From assembly GCA_039208735.1 (NCBI GenBank), contig JBCCQY010000032.1, forward strand, positions 1 through 64,000: a DNA stretch of 64,000 nucleotides, in the 5' to 3' direction. Shown here piece by piece: positions 1-13,348 of this stretch (its first letter is position 1; the number at the start of each line of letters is the position of its first letter). The notes below the pieces were generated by a model that ran no database searches, was not told the origin of the DNA, and worked only from the letters and a program-made list of their open reading frames with translations. Source of the stretch: Myxococcota bacterium (GTDB taxonomy: Bacteria; Myxococcota_A; UBA796; GCA-2862545). The position numbers and the translations under genes are program-made.

Positions 1-80
1 CCGGTTTTTCAGGATGAGGTAGAAGAAGGTACAGAAACCTTTACCTTTAACCTTCAAGACGGTGAACTATACAACGTTGG

Positions 81-1799
81 TTCGCGGCCGAAGAGCAGGT
101 CAAAAAGGAAGGCGGGGCCATCAAGGAAGGCACCGAGACCCGCAAGATCTCGAAGGACGTGGAGCCCGAAGAGCTCACCGAGTGGGAGCAGCGGTTCGTC
201 GATGCCTGCCTGAAGTACGCGGAGCTGTACAAGGGCGACAAGCGCGTCAAGAACATGATCTACAAGTCGGCGTACTTGCTCTACAACAAGTTCCAGTTCG
301 ACAACGCGGCCACGCAGTTCCGCGCTGTCATCGCGATGAACCCCGCCTCGCAGCAAGCCGAGTACGCGGCCCAGCTCATCCTCGACGCGCTTGTCGTCAA
401 GGAAGACTGGGATTCGCTGCGCACCACGGCGAAGGCGTTCTACGACGAGAAGAAGTTGGGCGGCAAGGTCTTCAAGACCGACGCCTACAACATCTACGAG
501 AACGCGTCCTTCAAGCTCATCGACGTGACGTTCGAGAAGGACAAGGACTACAGCAAGGCCGCCGATGCCTACATGGGCTTCTACGAAGAGTTCCGCGAGA
601 CCGCGAAGCTTGAGAAGACCGCCAAGGCTGTCAACAACGCTGCGGTCTACTACAGCAAGTCTGGCCGGGTGGCCGATGCCGTGACCGCGCGCGAAATCCT
701 GGTCGAAGATGAGAAGTACGCCGGCAAGACCAAGTACTACTACGAGCAGGTGGGGTTCCTTGGCTACGACTACGAGCGCATCGCTGACTACGACAAGGCG
801 GCCGGCTACTACGAGAAGCTCTGGGGGCTTTACCAGGAGCGCACCGGTAAGAAAGAGAAGCTTAGCGACGACCTCGTCCAGCAGGCCGGTGACGCCATCT
901 TCTCGGCCGCGGTGTTCCGCAAGGGTCTCGGCGAATGGCAGCAGTCGATCACCGACTACAACGCGTTCGTGAAGGCGTACCCGACCGACTCTCGTGTCGC
1001 TGACATCAAGTTGCGCGTCGGCAAGATCTACGAAGAGCAGGAGCAGTGGGAAGACGCGGCTAACGCGTTCCAGGAGTTCTACGCGAAGCCGCCTAAGGGT
1101 TCGCCGATGCACTTCACGTACTTTGCCCGTCTGCACCACGGACAGGCGCTGTCCAAGCTTGGCCAGACGTCCGCGCGTGACAAGGTCTACGCCGACACCA
1201 TCAAGCTGTACAACAAGTACGTTGAGAGTGGTGGTGAAAAGGGGCCGCAGACCGAGTACGTCGCCGAAATGCTCTACACCGCGGCGTTGCCCTCGCTCGC
1301 GACCTACGAAGCGATGCGCATCGAAGGCAAGCGTGGGGTAAGCAAGAAGCGGGAAGATGCGGCCCTCAAGAAGAGCCTTGAAGCCAAGACCAAGACGTAC
1401 CTCGAGGTCGAAAAGAGCTTCCAGGAAGTCGTGAACCTTGGAGCGGGTCGCTGGGGTATCGCTGCACTTGTCGCGCTCGGTAAGACCTACGACAACATGG
1501 CCAAGAGCCTCCGCACCTCGGATGTTCCGTCGTACCTCACCGACGAGCAGGTCGAGTTCTACTCCATGACCATCGAAGACCGGGCCTACCTGCAGGAAGA
1601 AAAGGCCGTCAGCGCCTTCAAGCTTGCCATCGACAAGTCGTTCGAGTTGACGCTCTACAACGACGACTCGGCCTTCGCGACGCGTCGCCTCGGTGAGCTT
1701 CGCCCCGAGGACTACCCGGGACTGCATGAGCAGCTCGTCAAGCCCCGCTGGACTTCGTCGAAGTCCGGCAAGAAGTACGACATCGAAAAGAGCCTGTAG
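81..1799 (+). CDS. gltD: TPR protein, GltD/AgmU-like gliding-motility component (5'-truncated)
   Basis: Frame reads as coding from ~81 (FAAEEQVKKEGG...), with in-frame stops at 15, 48 and 63. Many TPR-like helical repeats and strong codon bias. First gene of a TPR-TPR lipoprotein-GltF-GltG-barrel run with the order of myxobacterial gltD-H. Confidence 0.72.
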   Translation, partial: FAAEEQVKKEGGAIKEGTETRKISKDVEPEELTEWEQRFVDACLKYAELYKGDKRVKNMIYKSAYLLYNKFQFDNAATQFRAVIAMNPASQQAEYAAQLILDALVVKEDWDSLRTTAKAFYDEKKLGGKVFKTDAYNIYENASFKLIDVTFEKDKDYSKAADAYMGFYEEFRETAKLEKTAKAVNNAAVYYSKSGRVADAVTAREILVEDEKYAGKTKYYYEQVGFLGYDYERIADYDKAAGYYEKLWGLYQERTGKKEKLSDDLVQQAGDAIFSAAVFRKGLGEWQQSITDYNAFVKAYPTDSRVADIKLRVGKIYEEQEQWEDAANAFQEFYAKPPKGSPMHFTYFARLHHGQALSKLGQTSARDKVYADTIKLYNKYVESGGEKGPQTEYVAEMLYTAALPSLATYEAMRIEGKRGVSKKREDAALKKSLEAKTKTYLEVEKSFQEVVNLGAGRWGIAALVALGKTYDNMAKSLRTSDVPSYLTDEQVEFYSMTIEDRAYLQEEKAVSAFKLAIDKSFELTLYNDDSAFATRRLGELRPEDYPGLHEQLVKPRWTSSKSGKKYDIEKSL

Positions 1800-1808
1800 G
1801 AGAACGCC

Positions 1809-3299
1809 ATGCGTACCATTCTCGTGGGTCTCGTCGCGGCGCTCCTCACCGTGGGCTGCGGCGGCAAGAAGGTCAAGTCCATCGACATGGAGAGCAACAA
1901 CCCGAAGGTCAACTTCCAGGGTGGGCTCGACGTGATCGACAACCCCGACCGCCGGACTGGCGCGGTCGACTACGAAAAGGCCTACACCTTGTTCAACAAG
2001 GCGGCCAACCTCGGCGCCGGCAAGGCGGCGAGCTTCAATGCGGGATGGACGGCCGAGCAGCTCGGGCGGCCTGCCGATGCCGAATTGCACTACCGCAAGG
2101 CCTATGAGGCCGATCCGGCCATGGAAAAGGCCATGTTCTCGTTGGCTCGCGTGTTGCTCGAGCAGGGCAAGAACGACGAAGCGGTGGCATTGTACGAGTC
2201 CCGCGTCGAAAGCCAGGCCGACGACATCGAGTCGCGCAACGAACTGATCGCGGCCTTGGTCAAGGCAGGTCGGTACGACGAGGCGCTGCAGCACGCCCAG
2301 ACGATCCTGCGCGACAACCCTGACAACGCCGACGTCTACCGGAACTTGTCGGCGCTTTACTATGCCCAAGACAACTACAGCATGAGCCAGCTCATGGCCG
2401 AAAAAGCGTTGGAACTCAACGCGGGCGATCCTGGCGTCTACAACAACATGGGCGTCACCTACCTGATCCAGGGCGATGAGCCCTCGGCCATCGCGAAGTT
2501 CAAAGAGGCGGTCAACCTCGACACCAAGAACTTCGAGGCCAACATGAACCTCGGCTACGTGGCGCTGGCCTCGGGTGATTTCACCTTGGCTAAGACCTCG
2601 TTCGAATCGGCCACCACGGCGAACCCGTCCAGCCTCGACGCGAAGCTTGGACATGCGGTTGCGCTGCGGGGCACCGGTGAGACCAAAGAAGCCGATGAGC
2701 TGTACGACCAGATCATCAAGGCGAACCCGAAGTACGACCGGGCCTACTTCAACGGGGCCATCCTGCACCTTCGCTACACGAAGGACTTCAAGAAGTCCCT
2801 CGACTACATCCAGCGGTACAAGGACGCGAACGTCGGTCAGATTGCGCCCGACCACCCGATCTTTGGCATCCAGACCCAGGTCGAGGAAGCCCAAGAACAG
2901 GAGCGGTTGGCCAAGGAAGCCGAAGAACGTCGCAAGCGCGAAGAAGAAGAGCGTCGGAAGCGTGAAGAGCAGCTGCTCAAAGACATGGCGGTGGTCATCA
3001 CCGACACGCAGCAGAAGCTGACGACCTACTCCGACTGTATCGATGAGGGGTCGGTGGAACAGGTCTCGATGATCCTCGAGCAGGCCCAGATCATCGTGGA
3101 TCAGAAGGATGCGAGCATGGCCCAGGACGTTCAGCAGTTGATGGACGCTTTCTTGCCCAGCATCAACGAAGTCATCCAGACCCCAGAGTGCCAGGCGCTT
3201 GGCTCGGGTGGTGGTGCTCCCGCCCCGGCCGAAGAGCCCGCGGAAGCCCCGGCCGAAGAGCCTGCGGAAGCCCCGGCCGAAGAAGCCACTCCGCAATGA
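1809..3299 (+). CDS. gltE: TPR lipoprotein, GltE/AglT-like
   Basis: Lipobox LLTVGC; tandem TPRs (VYNNMGVTY, ANMNLGYVAL); coiled coil; Glu/Pro/Ala-rich tail; RBS AGGAG; lies between the gltD-like and gltF-like genes. Confidence 0.72.
   Translation: MRTILVGLVAALLTVGCGGKKVKSIDMESNNPKVNFQGGLDVIDNPDRRTGAVDYEKAYTLFNKAANLGAGKAASFNAGWTAEQLGRPADAELHYRKAYEADPAMEKAMFSLARVLLEQGKNDEAVALYESRVESQADDIESRNELIAALVKAGRYDEALQHAQTILRDNPDNADVYRNLSALYYAQDNYSMSQLMAEKALELNAGDPGVYNNMGVTYLIQGDEPSAIAKFKEAVNLDTKNFEANMNLGYVALASGDFTLAKTSFESATTANPSSLDAKLGHAVALRGTGETKEADELYDQIIKANPKYDRAYFNGAILHLRYTKDFKKSLDYIQRYKDANVGQIAPDHPIFGIQTQVEEAQEQERLAKEAEERRKREEEERRKREEQLLKDMAVVITDTQQKLTTYSDCIDEGSVEQVSMILEQAQIIVDQKDASMAQDVQQLMDAFLPSINEVIQTPECQALGSGGGAPAPAEEPAEAPAEEPAEAPAEEATPQ
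3222..3287 (+). repeat. 24-bp tandem repeat (~2.7 copies) encoding APAEEPAE
   Basis: gccccggccgaagagcccgcggaa repeated at 3222, 3246 and, partially, 3270. Confidence 0.85.
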
Positions 3300-3553
3300 G
3301 ATCGGCGGGCTCCCCAACTCGGGGGAGTTCGTGTACCCTGTGACGGCTCGGAGCCCTGTGCTTCGGGCCGTTGTCGGTGAAGAGAGCGTCAGTTCGCCCT
3401 TTACGTACGCTTGACCAGGCTAAAGGAACCGCCTCGATGCTTCCATGTCGTAGGCACCAGACCGTTGCTTCGGTCATGCGACCTTGTTTGAAACTCGATT
3501 CGAAAGCAAAGTACCTGTCACTTCGGTTCCTCGACGGAATCACGGAGGTCCCC

Positions 3554-3814
3554 ATGATGCGTTCCGTCCTTTTCGCTGCCGCCATGGTCATGGTGTCGGG
3601 CACCGCGTTCGCGCAGGATTCGACTGGGGGGCAGCAGGTCAAGTACAAAGAACGGACCGTGATCGACTTCGAGGGGGTCGACGTCACCGGTGAACTCGTC
3701 AAGCCGTCAGGGGCCCTCTTGCTCGACCGCCGTAAGGCCGACTTCAACCCGCTGATCAAGCTGCGGACGAATTTCAACCTCGAAATGAAGCAGTCTGTCG
3801 ACCAGGTCAAGTAA
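3554..3814 (+). CDS. gltF: GltF/CglF-like small secreted gliding protein
   Basis: RBS GGAGG then ATG at 3554; signal peptide ending AFA-Q; motif YKERTVIDFEGVDVTGELVKP...FNPLIKLRTNF characteristic of the GltF/CglF family. Confidence 0.8.
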   Translation: MMRSVLFAAAMVMVSGTAFAQDSTGGQQVKYKERTVIDFEGVDVTGELVKPSGALLLDRRKADFNPLIKLRTNFNLEMKQSVDQVK

Positions 3815-3844
3815 GCCGGCCCCCCTTCTCGGAGTCCAAACCCC

Positions 3845-5770
3845 ATGTCCAACAACACCCCGCTCGTGATCTTCGAGGTCTTTCGGGGGTCCACGCCGAT
3901 TCACAAGGCGGACTTCCGTGAGCCGTCCATCACAATCGGTCGTGGTCAGGCCGCGCTACTGCCCATCGACGATCCACAGCTGTCCGACATGCACGCTGTC
4001 GTCACGGTCAGCGACGATGGTTCGGTCAGCCTCATGGACCTCGGAAGCGAGACCGGCATCGCGGTTCGCAACCAAACCGTCTCGAATGCCACGCTCCGTG
4101 ATGGTGACGTGTTTTCGATCGGAACTCTGCAGTTCCGCATCTCGATCATGATGGACGAAGCTGAGACCACGGTTCCGCGTGTTCCAGCTCCGCCCGCCGC
4201 GCAGCGGGCTCGTCCCGCGGCACCCGCTCCGCTCAACCAGGGCCGCCCCATGCTCACTCCCCAGGATGCCGACGCCGAGCCCGAAACCACCGAAGATGTG
4301 CTTCAGTTCATCTTGCGCTCTGGTTCGGGTACTGGAAACCTCGGCGTCGATACCAGCCGTCGCAAAGTGCTCGAGGTCAATCAGATCTGGGGCCAGACCC
4401 TCATCGACACGAAGCATTTTTCGCGGACGATGGGCGATAACGTGACCATCGGCTCGTCGGTGGGCTGGAAGTGGCACTTCCTCGGCATCGACATGGGCTG
4501 GATTCCGTCTGGCTTGCACATGGTGTTGCCCTACACGCCGCCCATGTGGTCGGAGGTCGCAAGCGACTGGCGCAACGACTTCTACGCGTCAGACCAGGGG
4601 CTGCCCGGTCGCGACCACGCCCTTTTCGAACTCGAAGACGAGGAGTACACCGCCAAAGTCCTCGATAACTGGGACGGCTACGCCGAAATCGGTGGCCAGC
4701 GGTTTAGCTTCGAGGAGCTGGTCCGGGCGGGTAAGGCTCGTAAGGAAGGTCAGGAATACGCGATTCCCATGACCGACGATGTGCGGCTCATGGTGAATGC
4801 CGACGGTGTGGTGTTTTTCGGCCATATGGTGCAGGAAGGCCAGCGCATCCTGCAGCGCAGCACCGAAGACACGGACTACCCGTTCCTCGCGATTCTGTCG
4901 TTCATGACCTTCCTCGGCGTCATGTTCGGCCTGGTGATGTTCTTCTCGCCCAAGCCGGCGGGCATCTCCGTGGCCGAATACCAGGATCGCTTCGCCAATA
5001 TTCAGCTTGATAAGCCTGATCTCGACAAAAAGAAGGACAAGCCCAAGGCGGATCCGGACGCGGGTGAAGGCGAAAAGGCCAAGAAGAAAGAAGGCAAGGT
5101 CGGGAAGAAGAAGGCCAAGAAGCAGAAGGCGAAAGGCAATAAAATCGACATCAAGCGGGCCGAGCAGGACCGTCTGGTGGCCGAGAACGCCGGTATCGCG
5201 AGCAGCCTCGACGGAATGCTCTCCGACTCCCGCATCAACCCCGATTTGGCCGGCAATGTTGGCGGTCTGCTCGGGGTGAAGGGCAGTCAGGCCGGGGCGG
5301 GCGGCCTTGGATCGCGCGGTAGCGGCCTGGGCGGCGGCGGTAGCGCCGAAGGCATTGGAGGCCTTGGAACGCGTGGCCGCGGTGCAGGGCGCTCCGGCTT
5401 CGGGAAGGGCGGCGGCGACTTTGGTGCCAAGGGTCAGGGAGGCCTCGGGCGCGTCGGTGGCGACCCCATCATCCTCGGTGCCCTCGACCGCTCGCTCATC
5501 GATGAAGTCATCAAGCGGAACATGAACAAGATCAAATACTGCTATCAGCGGGAACTCACGAAGAACCCGGCCCTTCAGGGCAAGATTGTGATCAAGTTCA
5601 CGATTGCGAAGGACGGCGGCGTCGCGGCGGCAAGCAAGAAGTCGACCACGATGAACAACGCGAGTGTCGAGCAGTGCATCGTCAGCCAGTTCATGCGGAT
5701 GCGATTCCCCGAGCCGAAGGGCGGCGGTATCGTCATCGTCAGCTATCCGTTCCTGTTCTCGCCGGGTTGA
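3845..5770 (+). CDS. gltG: GltG/PglI-like protein: FHA domain, single TM helix, Gly-rich linker, TonB-like (AgmX/PglI) C-terminal domain
   Basis: FHA motif TIGRG...LSDMHA...DLGS; TM FLAILSFMTFLGVMFGLVMFF; C-terminal IKYCYQRELTKNPALQGKIVIKFTI...VEQCIV...FPEPKGGGIVIVSYPFLF. Confidence 0.85.
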   Translation: MSNNTPLVIFEVFRGSTPIHKADFREPSITIGRGQAALLPIDDPQLSDMHAVVTVSDDGSVSLMDLGSETGIAVRNQTVSNATLRDGDVFSIGTLQFRISIMMDEAETTVPRVPAPPAAQRARPAAPAPLNQGRPMLTPQDADAEPETTEDVLQFILRSGSGTGNLGVDTSRRKVLEVNQIWGQTLIDTKHFSRTMGDNVTIGSSVGWKWHFLGIDMGWIPSGLHMVLPYTPPMWSEVASDWRNDFYASDQGLPGRDHALFELEDEEYTAKVLDNWDGYAEIGGQRFSFEELVRAGKARKEGQEYAIPMTDDVRLMVNADGVVFFGHMVQEGQRILQRSTEDTDYPFLAILSFMTFLGVMFGLVMFFSPKPAGISVAEYQDRFANIQLDKPDLDKKKDKPKADPDAGEGEKAKKKEGKVGKKKAKKQKAKGNKIDIKRAEQDRLVAENAGIASSLDGMLSDSRINPDLAGNVGGLLGVKGSQAGAGGLGSRGSGLGGGGSAEGIGGLGTRGRGAGRSGFGKGGGDFGAKGQGGLGRVGGDPIILGALDRSLIDEVIKRNMNKIKYCYQRELTKNPALQGKIVIKFTIAKDGGVAAASKKSTTMNNASVEQCIVSQFMRMRFPEPKGGGIVIVSYPFLFSPG

Positions 5771-5934
5771 TTCCAAGCGCGAACCTTTGAATCGCCGCGG
5801 TCTGCTAGCGTGCAGTCCGCGGCGACTTGCGTCGAGAGTGACGGCCCAGCCTTCGACGAGGCATGGGCCTGCGACGGAAGGATGAGGGGCGACTCGTCGA
5901 ACCTTCGTCAAGCCTTTGTCCGCAGGACGCACCC

Positions 5935-6687
5935 ATGCTATTCACGGGCGTCGTCCAGACCCTCAAGGAGACCGGGATGCTCTTCACGTTGGCCGCATTG
6001 GCCATGCCCCAGGATGCTGTCGCACAGGATCGGAGCGAGCGACGGCGCGCGCGCGGCGAAGAGCAACTCGTCCGCGAAGTCTGGCGTGGGGTCTATGCCA
6101 AGACCAACGTGGGCACGAGCTTCATCATCCCCGTGACGGCGCGCTCGGCGGCGAGCTACCCCGGCGTGGTGTTCTTGGGTCTCGGGGTTGGGGGTGAGTT
6201 CATCGACCGTGAGCGGTTCTCGGCCGCTTTCGAGGCCTCGTTCAGCCAGGGCTTGGCCCAGGGTCCTCGTACGGAATCCTTGGTTCTCGAAAACAGCCTT
6301 ACCCAGGGTGACGTGCACATGTTCATGGGCACAGGCGTCGTCGAGCTTTCGACGTACCCCACCCGCCGGTTTGGCGTTGGGATTCGGGCCGGCGGGGGCG
6401 TCATGGTGATGCCGTTGTTCCTCGACCGTGGCTCCGAGCAGTTCGATGCGCTCGTGGCGGGCCTGGGCGGCGACTCCACATTCTTCGATGGCGTGCATGA
6501 CACGGCCTTGCCCATGGTCCTTGGTGGCCCGACGATCGAGTACTACACCAAGCTGTCGCACTTTTCGGTGGGTGTCGACGCAGACTTCATGTACGCGTTC
6601 GGGTTCAATCCTGGCGTGTTTGCAAGCGCCTACCTGAAGTACACGTTCGGTGGCGAGAAGGCCGCTCGTGAGGCGATCCGCCAGTAG
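5935..6687 (+). CDS. Outer-membrane beta-barrel, GltH/CglE-like
   Basis: Signal-like N-terminus, amphipathic beta strands, EYYTKLSHFSVG and terminal LKYTF motifs; directly after gltG, the position of gltH in Myxococcus. Start could be 5935 or 5977. Confidence 0.65.
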   Translation: MLFTGVVQTLKETGMLFTLAALAMPQDAVAQDRSERRRARGEEQLVREVWRGVYAKTNVGTSFIIPVTARSAASYPGVVFLGLGVGGEFIDRERFSAAFEASFSQGLAQGPRTESLVLENSLTQGDVHMFMGTGVVELSTYPTRRFGVGIRAGGGVMVMPLFLDRGSEQFDALVAGLGGDSTFFDGVHDTALPMVLGGPTIEYYTKLSHFSVGVDADFMYAFGFNPGVFASAYLKYTFGGEKAAREAIRQ

Positions 6688-6688
6688 A

Positions 6689-6812
6689 CGACGCCTGCGT
6701 CGACCGCCACCGTGAAGCGTGGCGGAGCTCAAAGACCGCGTTAGGTCCACACGACCAACCAAGCGATGTCTTCGCCAGGCATCGCGTACCCGTACGACGG
6801 CGTTCGCGTCGT
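6689..6812 (+). promoter_or_regulatory. Multi-hairpin region upstream of rplC (possible structured leader or terminator)
   Basis: Five consecutive inverted repeats: CGACG/CGTCG, CCGCCAC/GTGGCGG, GACC/GGTC, GCGATGTCT/AGGCATCGC, ACGACG/CGTCGT. Confidence 0.35.
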
Positions 6813-6828
6813 CCAATGCGAGGATGAC

Positions 6829-7487
6829 ATGGCAAATCAGATGATGGGGCTGCTCGGCCGTAAGGTCGGCATGACGCAGCTGTTTGCGCCAGACGGGCGC
6901 GTCCTTCCCGTGACGGTGATCCAGGCTGGGCCTTGCCCTGTGCTGCGAGTGAAGTCAAGCCAGGGCCCTGACGGCTACGATGCGGTCCAGCTCGGTTTTG
7001 GCAACCAGAAGCCAAAGCGGATCAACAAGCCCCTGTCGGGCCAGTACGCCCAGGCCAAGCTTGAAGAGCCGGTCCGCTACGTGCGGGAGTTCCGGGTGCC
7101 TGCGGCGACCGCGGGCCAGTACGAGATGGGTCAGTCGGTCACGGTCACCGACCTGTTCGAGGAAGGCAAGATCGTCGATGTGACCGGCACCTCGAAGGGT
7201 CGTGGTTTTGCCGGCGTCATGAAGCGCTACAACTTCCGCGGCTTCATCCGTTCGCACGGTGTCCACGAATTCTTCCGTCACGGGGGTTCGATCGGTACAC
7301 GGCTGACGCCCGGTATGGTGCTCAAGGGCAAGAAGATGCCGGGTCACATGGGGAGTGCCCGTGTCACCGTCCAAAACCTGCAGGTTGCCCGCGTGGACGC
7401 CGAGCGGAACCTCGTGTTCGTCAAGGGCGGGGTTCCCGGTCCGAACGGGGGCCTGGTCATGGTTCGCCAAGCGGTGAAGGCCTCCGC

Positions 7488-7491
<4 letters not shown>
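6829..7491 (+). CDS. rplC: 50S ribosomal protein L3
   Basis: [13 protein letters not shown]...[49 protein letters not shown]. Confidence 0.97.
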
Positions 7492-10989
<3,498 letters not shown>

Positions 10990-11115
10990 TCAGCGGGGGT
11001 TTCGGGTCGATATCCCCACCCCGGTGCGAGGGCAATCCGTTGACACGAGGCCCGCCTCAGAGGTAGCACTGCAGGACCCTACACCCACTTGTTCGAATCT
11101 TCGGGGAGGCACTAT

Positions 11116-12174
11116 ATGCAACGTTGGTCGATGGTCGTTCTGGGGCTCCTCGCCACCGCGGGCTGCGGCAAACACTCTGGTTCGTATTCCGCTGTGGAGG
11201 CCGAACGAGCGGCCCAGGCCGAGATCGAAAAGCGCGTTGAAGCTGCGGATGCGCTGTGGGCCGAACGTGTCGAAGAAGACAAGCTCATGGCCGCGATCGA
11301 CGCGTACAAGGCCGTCCTCGAAGCCGACGCCAACAACCGGCACGCCCTGCATCGGCTGACGCGTGCGTTCTACTTCCACGCCACGGGTTTCCCGCCCGAG
11401 GACAACGACGAGAAGATCGCGCGCCTCGACGAGGCCATTCAGTTCGGCACGCGCTGCATCGGCCAAAATGAGCAGATTGCGAACGCCATCGAGGTCGAAG
11501 GCGAGAAGGAGCGCGATGCGGTCCAGTTCGCCACCGCCGAAGATGTGCCGTGCCTCTACTGGACGGCGTCCGCCTTGGGTCAGTGGGGTCGTGCGAGCGG
11601 CATCGCGAAAACGCTCAAGCACATTCCGACGGTCAAGGCCTACATGACCAAGATCGAAGAACTCGACGCTTCGTTCTTCAACCATGGTCCGGCCCGCTAC
11701 TGGGGCGCGTACTACTCCGTGCTTCCGAGCTTTGCGGGCCGCGACACTGACAAGTCGGCCGAGTACTTCGCAACGTCGCTCAAAGAGGCGCCGCACTACC
11801 TGCCCACCAAGTACCTGCGAGCCGACACGCTAGCCGTCGCGATCGACGACGCGAAGATGTTCACCGAAGATCTGATGAGCATGATTCAGACGGCGCCCGA
11901 CCTCATGCCGGAGGCCGACATCACGCCCGAGAACATCCGCGAGCAGATCAAGGCCCAGAAGCTCCTTGCGGAGCGCAGTGAATTGTTTTCGAAGAAGGCC
12001 ATCGAGGCCGCGGGTCCACTTGGCGAGATCCCCGAGCTGACGCCTCCCTCCCCGCCCAAGATGGACGAAGAAGCGGAGATGGCCGAGGGTGAGATGGCCG
12101 AAGGCGAAATGAAGGAAGGCGAGACTGCAGACGAGGGTCCCATGGCTTCGGACGACTCGAAGGACGCTGAGTAG
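11116..12174 (+). CDS. TRAP transporter TatT-component lipoprotein
   Basis: Lipobox LATAGC; TPR-like helices; LYWTASALGQW and ELDASFFNHGPARYWGAYY motifs of the TatT family; directly upstream of dctP. Confidence 0.75.
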   Translation: MQRWSMVVLGLLATAGCGKHSGSYSAVEAERAAQAEIEKRVEAADALWAERVEEDKLMAAIDAYKAVLEADANNRHALHRLTRAFYFHATGFPPEDNDEKIARLDEAIQFGTRCIGQNEQIANAIEVEGEKERDAVQFATAEDVPCLYWTASALGQWGRASGIAKTLKHIPTVKAYMTKIEELDASFFNHGPARYWGAYYSVLPSFAGRDTDKSAEYFATSLKEAPHYLPTKYLRADTLAVAIDDAKMFTEDLMSMIQTAPDLMPEADITPENIREQIKAQKLLAERSELFSKKAIEAAGPLGEIPELTPPSPPKMDEEAEMAEGEMAEGEMKEGETADEGPMASDDSKDAE

Positions 12175-12214
12175 TCCTCGACACCCCTACTGACCGACCC
12201 AAAAGGAGACGGAC

Positions 12215-13228
12215 ATGGGCAACATCGCTTTCCAATCCTGGGCCCTCATCATGGGCCTTGTCGCGCTGCTCTCGGCGGCCCCGGCGCAGGCGCAGACCTA
12301 CGAACTCAACATGGGCAGCCTGGCCCCCGACGGCACGCCTTGGATGAACCTCCTCAAGCGCTTCGAAAAGGAAATCGAAGCGGAGTCAGGAGGTCGCATC
12401 GACGTCATCATCCGTCCCGCCGGCATCATGGGTGAGGTCGAGATGGTGCGCGAGACCCGTCGCGGGGAACGCTTGCAGGGCTGCGCGGTCACCACCGGTG
12501 CGATCGCGTCCGGTGCGAACATTCCGCAGCTGTCCGTCGTCGAGCTTCCGTTCCTGTTCAAGGACAACAAGCAGGCGGACTACGTCCTCGACAACGTTCT
12601 TTTCGACGTCTACGACGAGATCTTGGCCCGTCGAGGCTTCAAGATGGCGGTGTGGTCCGAGAACGGTTGGCGTTCCTTCGGCACGAAGGGCACGCCCGCG
12701 ATGACCCCGGCCGATCTGAAGAAGTTCAAGATGCGGTCGCAGGAGTCGGACGTTCACCTCGAGATGTACAAGGCATTCGGCGCCCAGGCGGTGCAGAAGC
12801 CCATGACCGAGGTGCTGACCGCACTCAACGCGAACATGATCGACGGTCTCGACAACACCGCGCTGTACATTTTGGCCGGTGGTTTGGCGGAGCCCCTCGA
12901 CCACTTCGTGCTGACCCGCCACATCTACCAGCCCGCGGTCATCGTCTTCAGCAAGACCTGGTTCAGCAAGTTGCCAGCCGACCTTCAGAAGCTTCTGCTG
13001 TCCAAGCGCAACTTGGGCCCGGCCGGTCGCTCGCAGATCCGCTCGGCCGAAAAGGAAATGCTCGAAGTCTTCGAAGGCTACGACGTGAAGGTTCATGAGC
13101 TGACCGATGCGCAGCGTGAGGCGTTCGCTAAGGTCGCGCGCCCCACGCATGACCGGCTTGCCGCGAACATCGAGGGAGGGACGGCCATCCTCGCGAAGAT
13201 CCGCGCCGGAATCAAGGCGTCCAACTAG
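12215..13228 (+). CDS. dctP: TRAP transporter substrate-binding protein DctP (TatP-type)
   Basis: Signal peptide; MGSLAPDGTPW, ELPFLF, ENGWRSF, TPADLKKFKMR, HIYQP. Confidence 0.9.
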   Translation: MGNIAFQSWALIMGLVALLSAAPAQAQTYELNMGSLAPDGTPWMNLLKRFEKEIEAESGGRIDVIIRPAGIMGEVEMVRETRRGERLQGCAVTTGAIASGANIPQLSVVELPFLFKDNKQADYVLDNVLFDVYDEILARRGFKMAVWSENGWRSFGTKGTPAMTPADLKKFKMRSQESDVHLEMYKAFGAQAVQKPMTEVLTALNANMIDGLDNTALYILAGGLAEPLDHFVLTRHIYQPAVIVFSKTWFSKLPADLQKLLLSKRNLGPAGRSQIRSAEKEMLEVFEGYDVKVHELTDAQREAFAKVARPTHDRLAANIEGGTAILAKIRAGIKASN

Positions 13229-13258
13229 CGGCTTCCCCCGTGGGGGCTCGCACGAAAT

Positions 13259-13299
13259 GACGCGCTCGGGGCACAGGCTCCGGGCGCGTCCTCTTTTTT
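13259..13299 (+). terminator. Intrinsic terminator-like hairpin after dctP
   Basis: GACGCGCTCGGGGC-acag-GCTCCGGGCGCGTC (14-bp stem with G-U pairs) followed by CTCTTTTTT. Confidence 0.7.
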
Positions 13300-13348
13300 G
13301 GGCCGGCGTTCTGCGGTACAACCCGGGTTCGGCATGGAGGAGAGTGGC

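Noticed and set aside
54..3317. 1087-aa minus-strand ORF
   Set aside because: Antisense shadow of the strongly codon-biased gltD/gltE genes; no motifs.
4589..5932. 447-aa minus-strand ORF, and similar long antisense ORFs at 23084-24400, 51448-52677 and 36956-37963
   Set aside because: Each overlaps a well-supported gene on the opposite strand; expected in high-GC DNA.
12076..12120. Short EMAEG-coding tandem repeats
   Set aside because: Low-complexity acidic tail of TatT, not an independent element.
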